A stretch of 64,000 bases of DNA from Mobula hypostoma (taxonomy: Eukaryota), in assembly GCF_963921235.1 (NCBI RefSeq), contig NC_086108.1, forward strand, positions 75,828,001 to 75,892,000. The letters are read 5' to 3'. The first letter of the stretch is position 1. The number at the start of each line of letters is the position of its first letter. Both the position numbers and the translations under genes were made by a program. Below the pieces are notes generated by a model that was given only the letters and a program-made list of their open reading frames with translations, ran no database searches and was not told the origin of the DNA. Below, in pieces: positions 62,253-64,000 of the stretch.

Positions 62253-63378
62253 ACAGTGCCTATAAAAAGTATTCATCTCCCTTGGAAGTTTTCATGTTTT
62301 ACAACATTGAATCACAATGGATTTAATTTGCCTTTTGACACCAATCAACAGAAAAAGATTCTTGCGTATCCGATGAAAATAAATCTCTACAAAGTGATCT
62401 AAATTGACTACAAACATAAAACACAAAATAATTGATTGTGGCAGTATTCACCCTGTTTAATATGTCACACCAACTCATCACTAGTGCAACCAGTTGGTTT
62501 TAGAAGTCACATAATTAGTTAAATGGAGATCACCTGTGTGCAGTCGAGGTGTTTCAATTGATTGTAGTAAAAATGCATATGTATCTGGAAGGTTCAACTC
62601 CTGGTGAATCAGTATCCTGGTTAAAAACTACACCATGAAGACAAAAGAACACTAAACAACTCCATGAAAAGGTTATTGAAAAGCACAAGTCAGGAGATGG
62701 ATACACTGAATATCTCATGGAGTACAGTTAAGTCAATCATCAAGAAATGGAAAGAATATGGCACAGCTGTAAATCTGCCTAGAGCAGGTCATCCTCAAAA
62801 ACTGAGTGACCGTTCAAAAAGGGACGAGTGAGGGAGGCCACCAAGAGGCCTATGACAACTCTGGAGGAGTTGTGAGCTTCAGTGGCTGAGATGGGAGAAA
62901 CTGCACGTACGATAACTGTGACCTGGCTGCTTCACCAGTCGCAACTTTATGGGAGAGTGGTAAAGAGAAAGCCACTGTTTTTGGGGGGGGGGAACGGGAC
63001 ACATAAAATCTCAGCTAGAGTTTGCCAGAAGGTAAGTGGGAGACTCTGAAGTCAGCTGGAAGAAGGTTCTATGGTCTGATGAAACCAAAATTCAGCTTTT
63101 TGTCCATCAGACTAAATGCTATGTTTGGCATTAGCCAAACAGCGCACATCATCAAAAATACGCCATCCTTACCGTGAAGCATGGTGGTGATTGCATTATG
63201 CTGTAGGGATGCTTCACAGCAGCAGGCCCTGGAAGGCTTGTGAGGGTAGAGAGCAAAATGAATGCAGCAAAATACAGGGAAATTCTGGAGGAAAACCTGA
63301 TGCAGTCTGCAAGAGAACTCCTACTTGGGAGAAGATTTGTTTTCCAGCAAGGCAATGACCCCAAGCATAAAGCCAAAG
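62253..63378 (+). mobile_element. Tc1 transposon, left end plus decayed transposase, 3' end lost
   Basis: TA-CAGTGCCTATAAAAAGTATTCA terminus; start ATGAAGACAAAAGAAC at ~62635; VLWSDETK, TVKHGG, MNAAKYREILEENL, FVFQQGNDPKHKAK. Confidence 0.9.
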
Positions 63379-64000
63379 AATCAGATGTAGGTGTATTATC
63401 ACCAACATGTGACGTGAAATTTGTTAACTTAGCAGCAGCAGTTCAATGAAGGAAAAAAATCATAAGTAAATCTTATTCAGTAAACTTTATATGTATATTG
63501 AATAGATTAAAATTGTGCAAAACCCCCCCCCCCAGAAATACTATATATTTTTAAAAAAAGTGAGGTAGTGTCCAAAGGTTCAATGTCCATTTAGGAATCG
63601 GATGGCAGAGGGGAAGAGGCTGTTCCTGAATCGCTGAGTGTGTGCCTTCAGGCTTCTGTACCTCCTTCCTGATGGTAACTGTGAGAAAAGGGCATGCCCT
63701 TGGTGCTGGAGGTCCTTAATAATGGACGCTGCCTTTCTGAGACACCACTCCTTGAAGATGTCCTGGGTACTTTGTAGGCTAGTACCCAAGATGGAACTGA
63801 CTAAATTTATAACCCTCTGCAGCTTTTTTTGGTCCTGTGCAGTAGTTTCCCCCACCTCCCCGTACCAGACAGTACATCTATAGATGTTTGTGAGTGTATT
63901 TGCTGACATACCAAATCTCTTCAAACTCCTAATGAAGTATAGTCGCTGTCTTGCCTTCTTTACGACTACATGGATATGTTGGGACCAGCTTAGATCCTCA
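63379..64000 (-). mobile_element. Rex1/Babar-like LINE 3' end, runs off window
   Basis: RFGMSANTLTNIYRC, KAASIIKD, LFSQLPSGRRYRS, RNSLFPSAIRFLN. Confidence 0.9.

Noticed and set aside
1..64000. CRISPR array, operon or other prokaryotic system
   Set aside because: No regularly spaced repeats or dense gene packing; content is vertebrate interspersed repeats

Overview
Eukaryotic, repeat-dense vertebrate DNA. The repeat mix (abundant CR1 LINEs with (TATGGTCT)n tails, Penelope-like elements, HE1/V-SINE-like SINEs) suggests a cartilaginous fish such as a ray; this is inference. Most of the window is nested, decayed transposable elements: CR1 and Rex1/Babar LINEs, Penelope-like (PLE) RT/GIY-YIG fragments with minimal hammerhead motifs, Gypsy-like LTRs, two Tc1 elements (one close to Sleeping Beauty), two hAT families and tRNA-derived SINEs. 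The only host coding sequence I can support is a candidate first exon (49555-49621, signal-peptide-like, phase-1 donor) behind a CCAAT/GC/AP-1/TATA promoter. The most interesting object is a near full-length HERO-type non-LTR retrotransposon with a restriction-like endonuclease (11419-15620, minus). It is bracketed by a ~124-bp direct repeat carrying the hammerhead core motifs in a non-canonical strand order, and the 5' copy begins 2 nt from the predicted cleavage site. Element boundaries were read by eye and are approximate unless TSDs are quoted.
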